DNA from: Candidatus Ghiorseimicrobium undicola
GTDB lineage: Bacteria > Omnitrophota > Gorgyraeia > Ghiorseimicrobiales > Ghiorseimicrobiaceae
Reading direction: 5' to 3'
Length of the DNA stretch: 64,000 bases
Assembly (NCBI GenBank): GCA_002796125.1
Contig: PCWA01000035.1
Span: 457 to 64,456, forward strand
The notes beneath the pieces were generated by a model, which had not been told where the DNA came from, ran no database searches, and saw only the letters and a list, made by a program, of their open reading frames with translations. The position numbers and the translations under genes were made by a program. Positions 36,973 through 46,583 of the stretch are shown here, in pieces (within the stretch, counting starts at the first letter, position 1; the number at the start of each line of letters is the position of its first letter).

Positions 36973-37073
36973 GGCTGATGAAATATTTCGCCATAGGCAA
37001 GCCGGGGTTTTGGATATTGCATTTGATAGTAATATCGCTGGTTTTATTGTTAGGGGCAAAAATAAAGTTTTAG
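36969..37073 (+). CDS. Unlisted 34-aa single-TM peptide [34 protein letters not shown]
   Basis: ATGA overlap with the upstream stop, SD GAGGTG, and similarity to the upstream gene's C-terminal helix (W-x-L-H-x-I-x-I-x-x-V-x-x-L-G). Confidence 0.65.
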   Translation: MRLMKYFAIGKPGFWILHLIVISLVLLLGAKIKF

Positions 37074-37125
37074 AAACAATTTGTTCGGATATCGCGGATT
37101 GTTACGGATTCCGCAGATAATATCT

Positions 37126-37542
37126 ATGAAGTCTTACAGAGAATACCTGTATTTTAATACAAAGAAGAGGGTTGAATTAATAAATATTACGCCCAGCGTA
37201 GAAGAGGCTGTTAAAAAGAGCGGGGTAAAAGAAGGCCTCTGTCTGGTAAGTGCGATGCACATAACATCCAGCGTATTTGTAAACGACCAAGAGGATGGCC
37301 TGCATAGTGATTTTTTAAGCTGGCTGGATAAACTCGCGCCTTACAGCCCGGAAAAATACCGTCATAATTTAAGCGGCGAGGATAACGCGGACGCGCATTT
37401 AAAAAGAACCGTATTGGGAAGAGAAGCGGTTATGGCTATAACTGAAGGCAGGCTTGATTTTGGCCCCTGGGAGCAGATTTTTTATGGGGAATTTGACGGA
37501 AGGCGTAAAAAAAGGGCCTTGGTAAAAATTATTGGAGAATAA
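37126..37542 (+). CDS. yjbQ: YjbQ/UPF0047 family protein
   Basis: [50 protein letters not shown]. Start at ATG 37126. Confidence 0.9.
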   Translation: MKSYREYLYFNTKKRVELINITPSVEEAVKKSGVKEGLCLVSAMHITSSVFVNDQEDGLHSDFLSWLDKLAPYSPEKYRHNLSGEDNADAHLKRTVLGREAVMAITEGRLDFGPWEQIFYGEFDGRRKKRALVKIIGE

Positions 37543-37547
37543 ATAAC

Positions 37548-38273
37548 ATGTCAAAAGAATTAATCATTTTAATATGGACGGCTTTGAGCATAGGGTTTAT
37601 ACATACCGTATTGGGGCCGGATCATTATTTGCCTTTTATCGCGATGTCTAAGGCGAGAAAATGGAGTTTATTTAAAACAGGCCTAATCACATTTTTATGC
37701 GGCCTGGGCCATGTATTAAGTTCTGTGGTATTGGGTTTTATCGGCATAGCTTTGGGCATAGCTGTATTCAGGCTTGAGTCTATTGAGTCATTTCGCGGAG
37801 ATATCGCTGCCTGGTTTCTTTTGATTTTTGGTTTTACTTATTTTATCTGGGGATTACGGGTAGCTCTCCGCAGCAGGCCGCATGTTCATGCGCACGCGCA
37901 TGATAATGAGAAATCCCATAAACATACCCATAGCCATATCGCGGGAGGGCATGTCCATTTACACGAGGTTTCTCGTGATGCCAAAGGAGCTAATATTACC
38001 CCATGGATTCTTTTCACAATTTTTGTATTCGGCCCCTGCGAGCCGCTGATACCGATTCTGATGTACCCTGCCGCTAAGGGCAGTATTATTAGCGTAATAG
38101 CAGTAACCGGAGCGTTTGCGGTAACCACTATTTCCACTATGCTCGCGCTGGTGTTTATGTTTTCATACGGATTGTCCTGGCTGAAATTTAATTGGCTTGA
38201 AAGATATTCCCATGCCTTGGCAGGGTTGATAATTTTTATCTGCGGAGGAGCGATAAAATTTTTAGGGTTATAA
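37548..38273 (+). CDS. Ni/Co transporter-like membrane protein (RcnA/UreH/DsbD_2 type) with His-rich loop
   Basis: GFIHTVLGPDHYLPF, GLGHVLSS, HVHAHAHDNEKSHKHTHSH, FGPCEPLIP. Confidence 0.8.
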   Translation: MSKELIILIWTALSIGFIHTVLGPDHYLPFIAMSKARKWSLFKTGLITFLCGLGHVLSSVVLGFIGIALGIAVFRLESIESFRGDIAAWFLLIFGFTYFIWGLRVALRSRPHVHAHAHDNEKSHKHTHSHIAGGHVHLHEVSRDAKGANITPWILFTIFVFGPCEPLIPILMYPAAKGSIISVIAVTGAFAVTTISTMLALVFMFSYGLSWLKFNWLERYSHALAGLIIFICGGAIKFLGL

Positions 38274-38391
38274 TTTTTGCCATGATTATTACCAGCCCCG
38301 TTTTTCTCATCAAAAAATCCTGTTCAAATATTTAAATTTATAATATAATAAGATTTTTGAAAGAGCTGGAGTTATCATGAAAGGAAGAGCT

Positions 38392-38688
38392 ATGTTTGAT
38401 AAAATGAAGCAGTTATTTGAATTACAGGGTAAAATGAAGGCGGTTAAAAAAGAGCTGGAATCTTCAATCGTGGAAGTAGAATCAAATAACGGCCAAATTA
38501 AGATAGTAATTAGCGGCGACCAAAAAATCAAATCTCTTGAGATAGCCGATGCGTTGATAGTAAAAGAAAATAAAACCGATCTCTGCCGGGACCTGGCGTC
38601 CTGTTTTAATGAGGCGGTAAGAAAATCGCAAAATCTGGCTGCCAGCAAGATGAAGGAAGTTTCCGGAATTAATATACCGGGATTATAA
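38392..38688 (+). CDS. YbaB/EbfC nucleoid-associated protein
   Basis: MFDKMKQLFELQ, GQIKIVISGDQKIKSLEI, ends GINIPGL. Start ATG 38392 or 38377. Confidence 0.85.
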   Translation: MFDKMKQLFELQGKMKAVKKELESSIVEVESNNGQIKIVISGDQKIKSLEIADALIVKENKTDLCRDLASCFNEAVRKSQNLAASKMKEVSGINIPGL

Positions 38689-38705
38689 AATAACGCTACT
38701 TTAAC

Positions 38706-39083
38706 ATGAAACAGGTTATTTTTTTATGTATCGCGGTAATTTTGCTCTCCGGCTGTTTCCGCCATGACAGGGCGCAGGCAATTGCCGTATTAAAAGATTT
38801 TAGCGATGAGAAAGGCGCGCAGGAGAAGGCGGCTAAAGCGGAAATAAAAAAATTCAATGCGTTATCAGCGGATGTAAGAGGCGCTAAGCTTTCTTTGGGC
38901 TCAAGCGTGGAAGAAATATCTTCTCTATATGGCGCGCCGACTTTAATAAAAGATATCAATGAGCCGCCGGGAAGCAAAATTTTGATTTTTATAGAGCCGT
39001 TTAAGTATTTCAGCGGTAAAAGAGTAAGGCTTTATTTTGATAAAAACAATAAGTTGATTAAATATGAATACACCCCGCATTAA
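38706..39083 (+). CDS. Lipoprotein, BamE/SmpA-like C-terminal fold
   Basis: Lipobox LSG|C; LGSSVEEISSLYGAP...VRLYFDKNNKL. Confidence 0.65.
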   Translation: MKQVIFLCIAVILLSGCFRHDRAQAIAVLKDFSDEKGAQEKAAKAEIKKFNALSADVRGAKLSLGSSVEEISSLYGAPTLIKDINEPPGSKILIFIEPFKYFSGKRVRLYFDKNNKLIKYEYTPH

Positions 39084-39165
39084 GATATGGGTGTTTCGTC
39101 GTCTGTGAGTACGCCCCACATTTAGAGGAAATGTGGGTGTTTCACCTTCTGTGAAAGGAGTAGTT

Positions 39166-39399
39166 ATGCCATACGATAAGAATCTTGACAAAGAAGTATT
39201 TTCTGAAAGCCTGGATTCCGGAAATACCAAAATAACCGTAAGTTTATTTTCTTACAATAACGCGGAGCCTAAATTACAGATTACCCGCCAGATAAAGAGA
39301 GCGTCAGGCGAGTGGATTTTCGCGAAACTTGGCAGGTTGGCGAAGAATGAAGCTGAGTCAATTTTACCGTTAATTCAGAGAGCCTTGGAAAAAATGTAA
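39166..39399 (+). CDS. Small hypothetical protein, possible PC4/PUR-like nucleic-acid-binding fold
   Basis: SD AAAGGAG before ATG 39166; ITVSLFSYNNAEPKLQITR...FAKLGRL. Confidence 0.65.
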   Translation: MPYDKNLDKEVFSESLDSGNTKITVSLFSYNNAEPKLQITRQIKRASGEWIFAKLGRLAKNEAESILPLIQRALEKM

Positions 39400-39495
39400 G
39401 CGTGGTAGGATTTATCGAATTTGATGAGCATAATAATGAGCATGCTTTTATATTTTAATTCTTTGGTTGGTTGCCCGCTAAGTTACGGGGTCATT

Positions 39496-39607
39496 TCCCT
39501 CGCCTAAACATCGGGGAAATCTCTTCGATATTTCCCCGATAGGCTTCGGGATAATTCGGCCAAATAACTTATGTCGGCTTCGCCTCCATAAGTTATGGCC
39601 TCATTAA
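39496..39607 (+). repeat. Modular palindromic element, copy 2 (module A, module B)
   Basis: tccctcgcctaaacatcggggaaat...atttccccgataggcttcggga-taattcggccaaataacttatg...cataagttatggcctcattaa, ending at the ATG 39608. Confidence 0.85.
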
Positions 39608-40993
39608 ATGAAACACCGTATTCCAAAAGAAAGAATTAAGGATTTTTTTGAAGTAGCGCTTGGCCTTACGGAAGAAGAGGCAGCCGTCGAAGCAAAGCGT
39701 TGTCTTGAATGTAAGAATCCGGTATGCGTTAAAGGCTGCCCCGTTGCGATAGACATACCGGCGTTTATCTCATTGATTAAGGAATCGAAATTCAAGGAAG
39801 CTATTTTAAAGCTGAAAGAAAAAAATTCTCTGCCGGCAGTTTGCGGAAGGGTCTGTCCTCAGGAAAATCAGTGCGAGGCCGCTTGTATTTTAGGCAAAAA
39901 GAAAGTACCAGTGAATATTGGAGCGCTTGAGAGGTTCGCCGCAGATTGGGAGCTGAAAGAAGGGGCGCGAGTTAAGGATAATGCATCGCCAGCACAATAC
40001 TCAATACACAATACTCAATACACAAAGATTGCTGTAGTAGGCAGCGGGCCGGCGGGCTTGACTGCGGCAGGCGCGCTTGCTAAAATGGGTTATGAAGTTA
40101 CGCTCTTTGAGTCGCTGCATTTAGCAGGGGGTGTGCTCGTCTATGGCATTCCGGAATTCCGCTTACCTAAAAAAATAGTCCAGGATGAAGTAGAGTATAT
40201 AAAAAGCCTCGGCGTAGAAATAAAAACCAATACGCTTATAGGCAGGACTTTAACAATTAAAGATTTGTTTAAACATGGCTATGGCGCTGTTTTTATCGGT
40301 ACCGGCGCCGGCCTTCCTCAGTTTTTAGGCATACCCGGTGAAAATCTCGCTGGCGTTTATTCTGCCAATGAATTTTTGACGCGTGTTAATCTTATGAAAG
40401 CCTATAAATTTCCCGAATATGCCACGCCGGTAAATATCGGCGCTCATGTTGCGGTGATAGGCGCGGGTAATGTTGCTTTTGATTGCGCGCGATGCGCTAT
40501 ACGCCTTGGAAGCCAAGTGGTGCTTGTTTACCGCCGCGGCGAAAAAGAAATGCCGGCGCGGGCCGAAGAAATTGCTAACGCCAAAGAGGAAGGGCTGGTT
40601 TTAAATTTGCTTACCCAGCCGCTTGAGATTTTAGATGACGGTAATGGCGGTGTTTCAGGGCTTGAATGTATAAAGATGCGCCTGGGTGAGCCGGATGCCT
40701 CAGGCCGTGCCAAGCCTATCGCGATAGACGGCTCGAATTTTATATTAAAGGTTGATACGGTAATAGTAGCTGTTGGGCAAAGCCCCAATCCTTTATTAAC
40801 CGGGGCGACACCCGGTCTAAAGATAACTTCTAAGGGTACGATTTACGTTGATGAGCATTTTCAGACATCAATCCCCGGTGTTTTTGCCGGCGGAGATATA
40901 ATTACCGGAGCCGATACCGTGATAGCCGCGATGGGAGCCGGCCAGCGCGCGGCAGAGGAAATAGATAAATATATAAAAATGCAGAATGTATAA
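39608..40993 (+). CDS. gltD: NADPH-dependent glutamate synthase small-chain-like flavoprotein (GltD/SudA/NfnB family)
   Basis: EAKRCLECKNPVCVKGCPV, CGRVCPQENQCE, GSGPAGL, YGIPEFRLPK, GAGNVAFD, FAGGDI. Confidence 0.88.
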   Translation: MKHRIPKERIKDFFEVALGLTEEEAAVEAKRCLECKNPVCVKGCPVAIDIPAFISLIKESKFKEAILKLKEKNSLPAVCGRVCPQENQCEAACILGKKKVPVNIGALERFAADWELKEGARVKDNASPAQYSIHNTQYTKIAVVGSGPAGLTAAGALAKMGYEVTLFESLHLAGGVLVYGIPEFRLPKKIVQDEVEYIKSLGVEIKTNTLIGRTLTIKDLFKHGYGAVFIGTGAGLPQFLGIPGENLAGVYSANEFLTRVNLMKAYKFPEYATPVNIGAHVAVIGAGNVAFDCARCAIRLGSQVVLVYRRGEKEMPARAEEIANAKEEGLVLNLLTQPLEILDDGNGGVSGLECIKMRLGEPDASGRAKPIAIDGSNFILKVDTVIVAVGQSPNPLLTGATPGLKITSKGTIYVDEHFQTSIPGVFAGGDIITGADTVIAAMGAGQRAAEEIDKYIKMQNV

Positions 40994-41055
40994 TGTAGAA
41001 TGCAGAATTGAATTTTATATTTTACATTTTAAATTTTACATTCTTGGGAGAAGAT

Positions 41056-41883
41056 ATGAAGATAACTATTGATGATATTCGCGATGCTAAAGGTAAACGC
41101 AAACTCACCATGCTTACCGCCTATGATTATCCGCTGGCTTCATTAATAGACAGGGCGGGAATAGACATGATTTTGGTGGGAGATTCGGTTGCTAACGTAG
41201 TTTTAGGCCTGGATTCCACGACTAAAGTTGGCATGGCTGAAATGCTTCATCACGCCAAAGCAGTGACGCGTGCCGTAAAAAGCGCTTTGGTTATCGGCGA
41301 CATGCCTTATGAATCATACCAGGTTAACAGGAGCGAGTCGGTTAAAAATGCCAAAAGATTTATTGAAGAGGCTAATTGCGATGTAGTAAAGCTGGAATGG
41401 TTTGATGACTGCCTTAAAGTTACGGAAGAAATTATTAAAGCCGGCATATCTGTCATGGGGCATATAGGGCTTACACCGCAGACAGCGCAGCAAATAGGCG
41501 GTTTTAAGGTCCAGGGTAAAGATGCCGGTGCTGCCCAGAAATTAATAAACCAGGCTTTGGATTTGGAAAGATTAGGCTGCTTTGCCATTGTGCTGGAATG
41601 CGTACCGGACAAGATTGCCGCGATAATTACCGAAAAAATTAAGATTCCGACCATAGGTATCGGCGCGGGTGGAGCCTGTGACGGGCAGGTTTTAGTTGCT
41701 CATGATATGCTTGGTTTATTTGAACGGTTTACGCCGAAGTTTGTAAAAAAATACGTTAATTTATCAGAGCATATTCTGAATGGGGTTAAAGCCTATAAAC
41801 AAGATGTTGAGAATGGCCTATTCCCCGCTAAAGAGCATACTTTCAGCATAAAACAGGAAGAAATCGACAAGTTGAAAAAATAA
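41056..41883 (+). CDS. panB: 3-methyl-2-oxobutanoate hydroxymethyltransferase
   Basis: MLTAYDY, ILVGDS, GHIGLTPQ, PTIGIGAG..CDGQVLV. Start at ATG 41056 after GGGAG. Confidence 0.96.
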   Translation: MKITIDDIRDAKGKRKLTMLTAYDYPLASLIDRAGIDMILVGDSVANVVLGLDSTTKVGMAEMLHHAKAVTRAVKSALVIGDMPYESYQVNRSESVKNAKRFIEEANCDVVKLEWFDDCLKVTEEIIKAGISVMGHIGLTPQTAQQIGGFKVQGKDAGAAQKLINQALDLERLGCFAIVLECVPDKIAAIITEKIKIPTIGIGAGGACDGQVLVAHDMLGLFERFTPKFVKKYVNLSEHILNGVKAYKQDVENGLFPAKEHTFSIKQEEIDKLKK

Positions 41884-41899
41884 AAGGGAGGATTAAATT

Positions 41900-42307
41900 A
41901 TAGCAAGAGCCGAAATAGTAAAAGAATTTTTAATAAGTACGGAAAATAAGGCCGGCATGCTGGCTGAGATTGTCGATACGTTCAGGGATAATAATATTAA
42001 TATTAAAGATATCGCGGCATACGGCAAAAATAATGAGGCTAAGTTTATGGTTATCGCCGACAGGGAAAAAGAAGAGCTTGTGTTAAAAGCCTTGAAAGGC
42101 AAGGGTTATGTTGCCACGGAAAAAGAAGTGGTTTTGCTTAAGATTATAAATGAAGTTGGGGCTTTATCTGAGGCAGCCGATAAAATAAAATCTTCCGGAG
42201 TGGATTTGGAATATATTTACGGCACGACCTGTGATTGTTCTTGTGACTGTCAGCTGGTAATTTCATCAAACGATAATAAAAAAGTCGTGGAGATTTTAAG
42301 CAAATAA
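41900..42307 (+). CDS. Tandem ACT-domain protein, probably initiating at a non-canonical ATA/ATT codon
   Basis: SD GGGAGG at 41886-41891; the frame is open from ATT 41897/ATA 41900 and gives ARAEIVKEFLISTENKAGMLAEI, the complete first ACT strand; second ACT NEVGALSEAADKIKSSGVDLEYIY. Confidence 0.7.
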   Translation: MARAEIVKEFLISTENKAGMLAEIVDTFRDNNINIKDIAAYGKNNEAKFMVIADREKEELVLKALKGKGYVATEKEVVLLKIINEVGALSEAADKIKSSGVDLEYIYGTTCDCSCDCQLVISSNDNKKVVEILSK

Positions 42308-42423
42308 ATTATGCGGCAGCGGCTGGTTTGGCCGGTTTTAAATTTGGCCTGCCCTTGACAAAATAGGATTTACGGTTATTATATAGGTTTTGAAGTTGTC
42401 AGATCCAAGGCGAAACAATAATT

Positions 42424-43731
42424 ATGGATTCAAAAAAAATAGATAAAGTGGTTTCTTTGTGCAAGAGGCGCGGTTTTATTTTTCAGTCTTCGGATATTTA
42501 CGGAGGGCTCGCAAATACGTGGGATTACGGGCCGTATGGCGTAGAGCTTAAGAATAATTTAAAGCGCGCCTGGTGGCAGGCGAATGTTTACGCGCGCGAT
42601 GATATCTATGGCATGGATGCGGCAATTTTAATGCACCCTAAAGCTTGGGAGGCCTCCGGCCATATCGATAATTTTTTTGACTTAAAAAGCGATTGTAAAT
42701 CATGCAAGAAGCGTTTAAAATCCGAGGATTTGAAAAATAAAAGCAAATGCCCGGAATGCGGAGGCGAGCTTACCGAAGCACGGCCTTTTAACTTAATGTT
42801 CAAAACGCATCAGGGGCCGGTTGAAGATACGGCGAACCTGTTATATCTAAGGCCGGAAACCGCGCAGGGGATGTTTGTTAATTTCGCTAATATTTTGGAT
42901 TCCCGCCATCCGAAGCTGCCTTTTGGCATTGCGCAAATCGGCAAATCTTTTCGTAATGAGATTACCCCGGGAAATTTCATCTTCCGCACGCGCGAATTTG
43001 AACAGATGGAGATAGAGTATTTTGTTAATCCTAATGGCGCCGATAAAAAATTGGAAGAATGGATAGAGAACCGTTTCAATTGGTATATAGCTCTTGGGCT
43101 AAATAAGGCAAATTTACGCAAGCGGCCTCACGGCAAAGAAGAGCTTGCGCATTACGCCCTTGCCTGTACCGACATAGAATATAATTTTCCTTTCGGCTGG
43201 TCTGAGCTTGAAGGCATAGCCAACAGGTCTGACTTTGACCTGAAGCGCCATGCTGAATACAGCGGTAAAGATTTACGGTATTTTGATGATACGGCGAAAG
43301 AAAGATTTTTCCCTTATATAATTGAACCTTCCGGAGGAGTGGATAGGAGCCTTTTGGCGTTTTTAACTGACGCTTATCATGAAGAGGACGTCAGGGGTAA
43401 GATACGCGTAGTTTTGAAATTAAGCAGGGAATTGGCTCCGGTAAAAACAGCGGTATTGCCGCTTTTAAAAAACCGGCCCGAGATTATCGAGTTGGCAAGG
43501 AGGATAACACAAGGCCTTAAAAAGCATATTGTTTGTATCTATGACGATACAGCCGCTATCGGCAAGCTTTACCGCAGGCAGGATGAGGTGGGGACGCTTT
43601 ATTGCGTTACCGTGGACGTAGAATCGCTTGAAGATAAACAGGTGACGGTGAGAGAAAGGGATACGATGGAGCAGAAAAGGATAGGAATAGACAGGCTGAA
43701 GGAATATCTATTAGAAAAATTAAATAACTAG
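42424..43731 (+). CDS. glyQS: Glycine--tRNA ligase, alpha2 (class IIa, eukaryote/archaea-like) type
   Basis: LCKRRGFIFQSSDIYGG, YLRPETAQGMF, GKSFRNEITP, FRTREFEQME, IGKLYRRQDEVGT. Confidence 0.96.
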   Translation: MDSKKIDKVVSLCKRRGFIFQSSDIYGGLANTWDYGPYGVELKNNLKRAWWQANVYARDDIYGMDAAILMHPKAWEASGHIDNFFDLKSDCKSCKKRLKSEDLKNKSKCPECGGELTEARPFNLMFKTHQGPVEDTANLLYLRPETAQGMFVNFANILDSRHPKLPFGIAQIGKSFRNEITPGNFIFRTREFEQMEIEYFVNPNGADKKLEEWIENRFNWYIALGLNKANLRKRPHGKEELAHYALACTDIEYNFPFGWSELEGIANRSDFDLKRHAEYSGKDLRYFDDTAKERFFPYIIEPSGGVDRSLLAFLTDAYHEEDVRGKIRVVLKLSRELAPVKTAVLPLLKNRPEIIELARRITQGLKKHIVCIYDDTAAIGKLYRRQDEVGTLYCVTVDVESLEDKQVTVRERDTMEQKRIGIDRLKEYLLEKLNN

Positions 43732-43745
43732 TTTTTTTGTATTTT

Positions 43746-43796
43746 GTATGGCGCATAGCGTATTGCGTAATACTCAATACTCAATACTTAATACTT
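43746..43796. repeat. Inverted heptamer array (GTATTGC x3 / AATACTC x4)
   Basis: gtatggc gcatagc gtattgc gt aatactc aatactc aatactt aatactt. Confidence 0.75.
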
Positions 43797-43818
43797 AAGA
43801 AGGAGGGTTTTAAAGAAA

Positions 43819-46545
43819 ATGGTAAAGAAATATGTTTACAGTTTTGGCGGAGGAAAAGCAGACGGAAACGGAAGCATGAAAAATCTTTTGGGTGGTAAAG
43901 GCGCAAACCTTGCTGAAATGGCAGGCCATAAGGATCTCAAACTTCCTGTTCCTCCCGGTTTTACGATTACTACCGAGGTATGTACTCATTATTATAAAAA
44001 TAAAAAGAAATATCCTCAGGGGCTTAGCGGACAACTAGATTCGGCCCTTAAAAAAATTGAAAAATTAATGGCTAAGAAATTCGGCGACGCCAATGATCCG
44101 CTTTTGGTTTCTGTCAGAAGCGGCGCGAGGGCGTCTATGCCTGGAATGATGGAAACGGTATTAAATGTCGGCCTGACCGAAAAAACTATTCCCGGGCTTA
44201 TAAAGATGAGTGGGAACGCGCGCTTTGTTTATGATGCTTATAGGCGCTTGATCATGATGTATTCCGACGTAGTAATGGAGAAAGCGGCAGGCATTGAACC
44301 AAAAGATGATATGGGTATACGCAAACAGCTTGAGCGTATAATGCATAAGCTTAAGAAGCAGAAAGGTGTAGCCCTGGATACGGACTTAGATGAGAATGAC
44401 TTAAAACAGCTTTGCCGTGATTTTAAGCTGAAGGTCAAAGAAGTTTTAGGCAAGGAATTTCCCGAAGACCATGTCAAGCAATTATGGGGAGCGATAAACG
44501 CGGTATTTTCCTCATGGAACGGCAGGCGGGCAATTTCTTACCGTAGAATAGAAGGTATCCCCGACGAGTGGGGTACGGCGGTTAATGTGCAGACTATGGT
44601 TTTTGGCAATATGGGGGAAACTTCCGCTACAGGTGTTGCTTTTACCAGAAATCCCGGAAACGGCGATAATAAGTTTTACGGCGAGTATCTGATTAACGCT
44701 CAAGGCGAGGATGTTGTCGCCGGCATTAGGACTCCGGCTCCCATAAATGCGTATTCTACCAGCGAGCATAACAAGGATTTGGCCACTTTAGAAAAAAAGA
44801 TGCCCAAGATATACAAAGAGCTTTTTGATATACAGAAAAGGCTGGAAAAGCATTATAAAAATATGCAGGATATCGAATTTACCATAGAAACCGGGCGCCT
44901 GTTTATGCTTCAGTGCAGAGTAGGAAAACGCAATGGGCCTGCGGCGCTTAAGATGGCTATGGATATGTATAAAGAAAAACTGATCGGTAAAGAAGAGGTT
45001 ATCAAACGAGTAACCCCCGCGCAGTTAGATGAATTGCTTCACCCTATAATCGACCCTAATGTTGAGAAAGAGAAAAAGCCGTTAACGAAAGGGCTTCCTG
45101 CCGGTCCGGGAGGAGCAAGCGGCCAGGTAGTTTTTAGCGCCAACGATGCGGTTGAATGGAAAAAGAGCGGCAAGAAGGTAATCTTGGTTCGCGAGGAAAC
45201 AAATCCCGAAGACGTTGAGGGCATGCGCGCGGCCGAGGCAATTCTTACAGCCCGCGGCGGCATGACCTCGCACGCGGCACTTGTCGCCCGCGGATGGGGC
45301 AAATGCTGTATAGTCGGATGCGGAGCTATGCATGTTGATTATGAAAATAAAACTTTTAGCGTCGATGGAAAGACGTTTAAAGAAGGAGATTGGGTCACTT
45401 TAAACGGCACCAAAGGAAATGTTTATGAAGGGCATCTTCCGATGATGGATGCTTCCCAGGAAAACACATTGTTCAATCAGTTTCTGAAACTTTGCGATAC
45501 CGTGCGCAAACTTAAGATCCGCACTAATGCCGATACGCCGGAAGATTCTATGAAGGCCAGGAATTTCGGGGCAGAAGGCATAGGTTTATTCAGGACAGAG
45601 CACATGTTTTATGGGAAAAATTCAGAAGAGCCTTTGTTTAAATTAAGGAAGATGATAATTTCAAAAACTACTGATGAAAGGCGCAAGGCTTTGGGTGAAT
45701 TATTCACGCATGTCAAGAATGATATAAAGGGCACGCTTAGCGCGATGAACGGTTTCCCTGTAACTATACGTTTACTTGATCCGCCTTTGCATGAGTTTGT
45801 GCCTCATCAGAAAGAACAGCTTGAAAGTTTAGCCGGGAGTTTGAATATTTCCATGGAGGAATTGGAAAGCAGGGCTAACTTATTGCGTGAGTCTAACCCT
45901 ATGATGGGGCATCGCGGCGTACGTTTGGGGGTGACCTATCCGGAAGTTACGGAAATGCAGGTTAGGGCAATCCTTGAGGCGGCAGCCGAGCTTATCAAGG
46001 ATAAACGCAAAGTTCATCCCGAGATAATGATTCCGGTTGTTTGTTCAGAGCGTGAGCTGGTTGATCAGTTTAAGATAGTCGAGCGCGTACATAAAGAGGT
46101 GGCGCGAAAATATAATTTAAAGAATATTCCCCATATGGCGGGAACTATGATAGAGATACCGCGCGCGGCTATTTTAGCGGGAAAAATAGCCGAGGTTGCC
46201 GAATTCTTTTCCTTCGGCACCAATGATCTTACCCAGATGGGTTTTGGTTTTTCTCGTGATGATATCGGCGGTTTTATCGGGGAGTACCTGAATAAGAAAA
46301 TCTTAGATGATGACCCGTTTGCCAGCATTGATCAGGAAGGGATAGGAGAGTTGATTAAAATGGCTATTGAACGCGGCAGAAAAACACGGCGTGATTTAAA
46401 GATCGGCATCTGCGGAGAGCACGGAGGAGAGCCGCGTTCCATAGAATTTTGTCATAACGCCGGTATGAATTATGTAAGCTGCTCACCATTCCGTGTGCCT
46501 ATAGCGAGGCTTGCGGCAGCACAGGCAGCGTTGAAAAGCAAGTAG
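43819..46545 (+). CDS. ppdK: Pyruvate, phosphate dikinase
   Basis: LLGGKGANLAEM, PLLVSVRSGARASMPGMM, GGMTSHAALVARG, SFGTNDLTQ, GICGEHGG. Confidence 0.97.
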   Translation: MVKKYVYSFGGGKADGNGSMKNLLGGKGANLAEMAGHKDLKLPVPPGFTITTEVCTHYYKNKKKYPQGLSGQLDSALKKIEKLMAKKFGDANDPLLVSVRSGARASMPGMMETVLNVGLTEKTIPGLIKMSGNARFVYDAYRRLIMMYSDVVMEKAAGIEPKDDMGIRKQLERIMHKLKKQKGVALDTDLDENDLKQLCRDFKLKVKEVLGKEFPEDHVKQLWGAINAVFSSWNGRRAISYRRIEGIPDEWGTAVNVQTMVFGNMGETSATGVAFTRNPGNGDNKFYGEYLINAQGEDVVAGIRTPAPINAYSTSEHNKDLATLEKKMPKIYKELFDIQKRLEKHYKNMQDIEFTIETGRLFMLQCRVGKRNGPAALKMAMDMYKEKLIGKEEVIKRVTPAQLDELLHPIIDPNVEKEKKPLTKGLPAGPGGASGQVVFSANDAVEWKKSGKKVILVREETNPEDVEGMRAAEAILTARGGMTSHAALVARGWGKCCIVGCGAMHVDYENKTFSVDGKTFKEGDWVTLNGTKGNVYEGHLPMMDASQENTLFNQFLKLCDTVRKLKIRTNADTPEDSMKARNFGAEGIGLFRTEHMFYGKNSEEPLFKLRKMIISKTTDERRKALGELFTHVKNDIKGTLSAMNGFPVTIRLLDPPLHEFVPHQKEQLESLAGSLNISMEELESRANLLRESNPMMGHRGVRLGVTYPEVTEMQVRAILEAAAELIKDKRKVHPEIMIPVVCSERELVDQFKIVERVHKEVARKYNLKNIPHMAGTMIEIPRAAILAGKIAEVAEFFSFGTNDLTQMGFGFSRDDIGGFIGEYLNKKILDDDPFASIDQEGIGELIKMAIERGRKTRRDLKIGICGEHGGEPRSIEFCHNAGMNYVSCSPFRVPIARLAAAQAALKSK

Positions 46546-46583
46546 AGAGTTGCAAGTAGATAGTGAACGGAAATTTAACCTTT

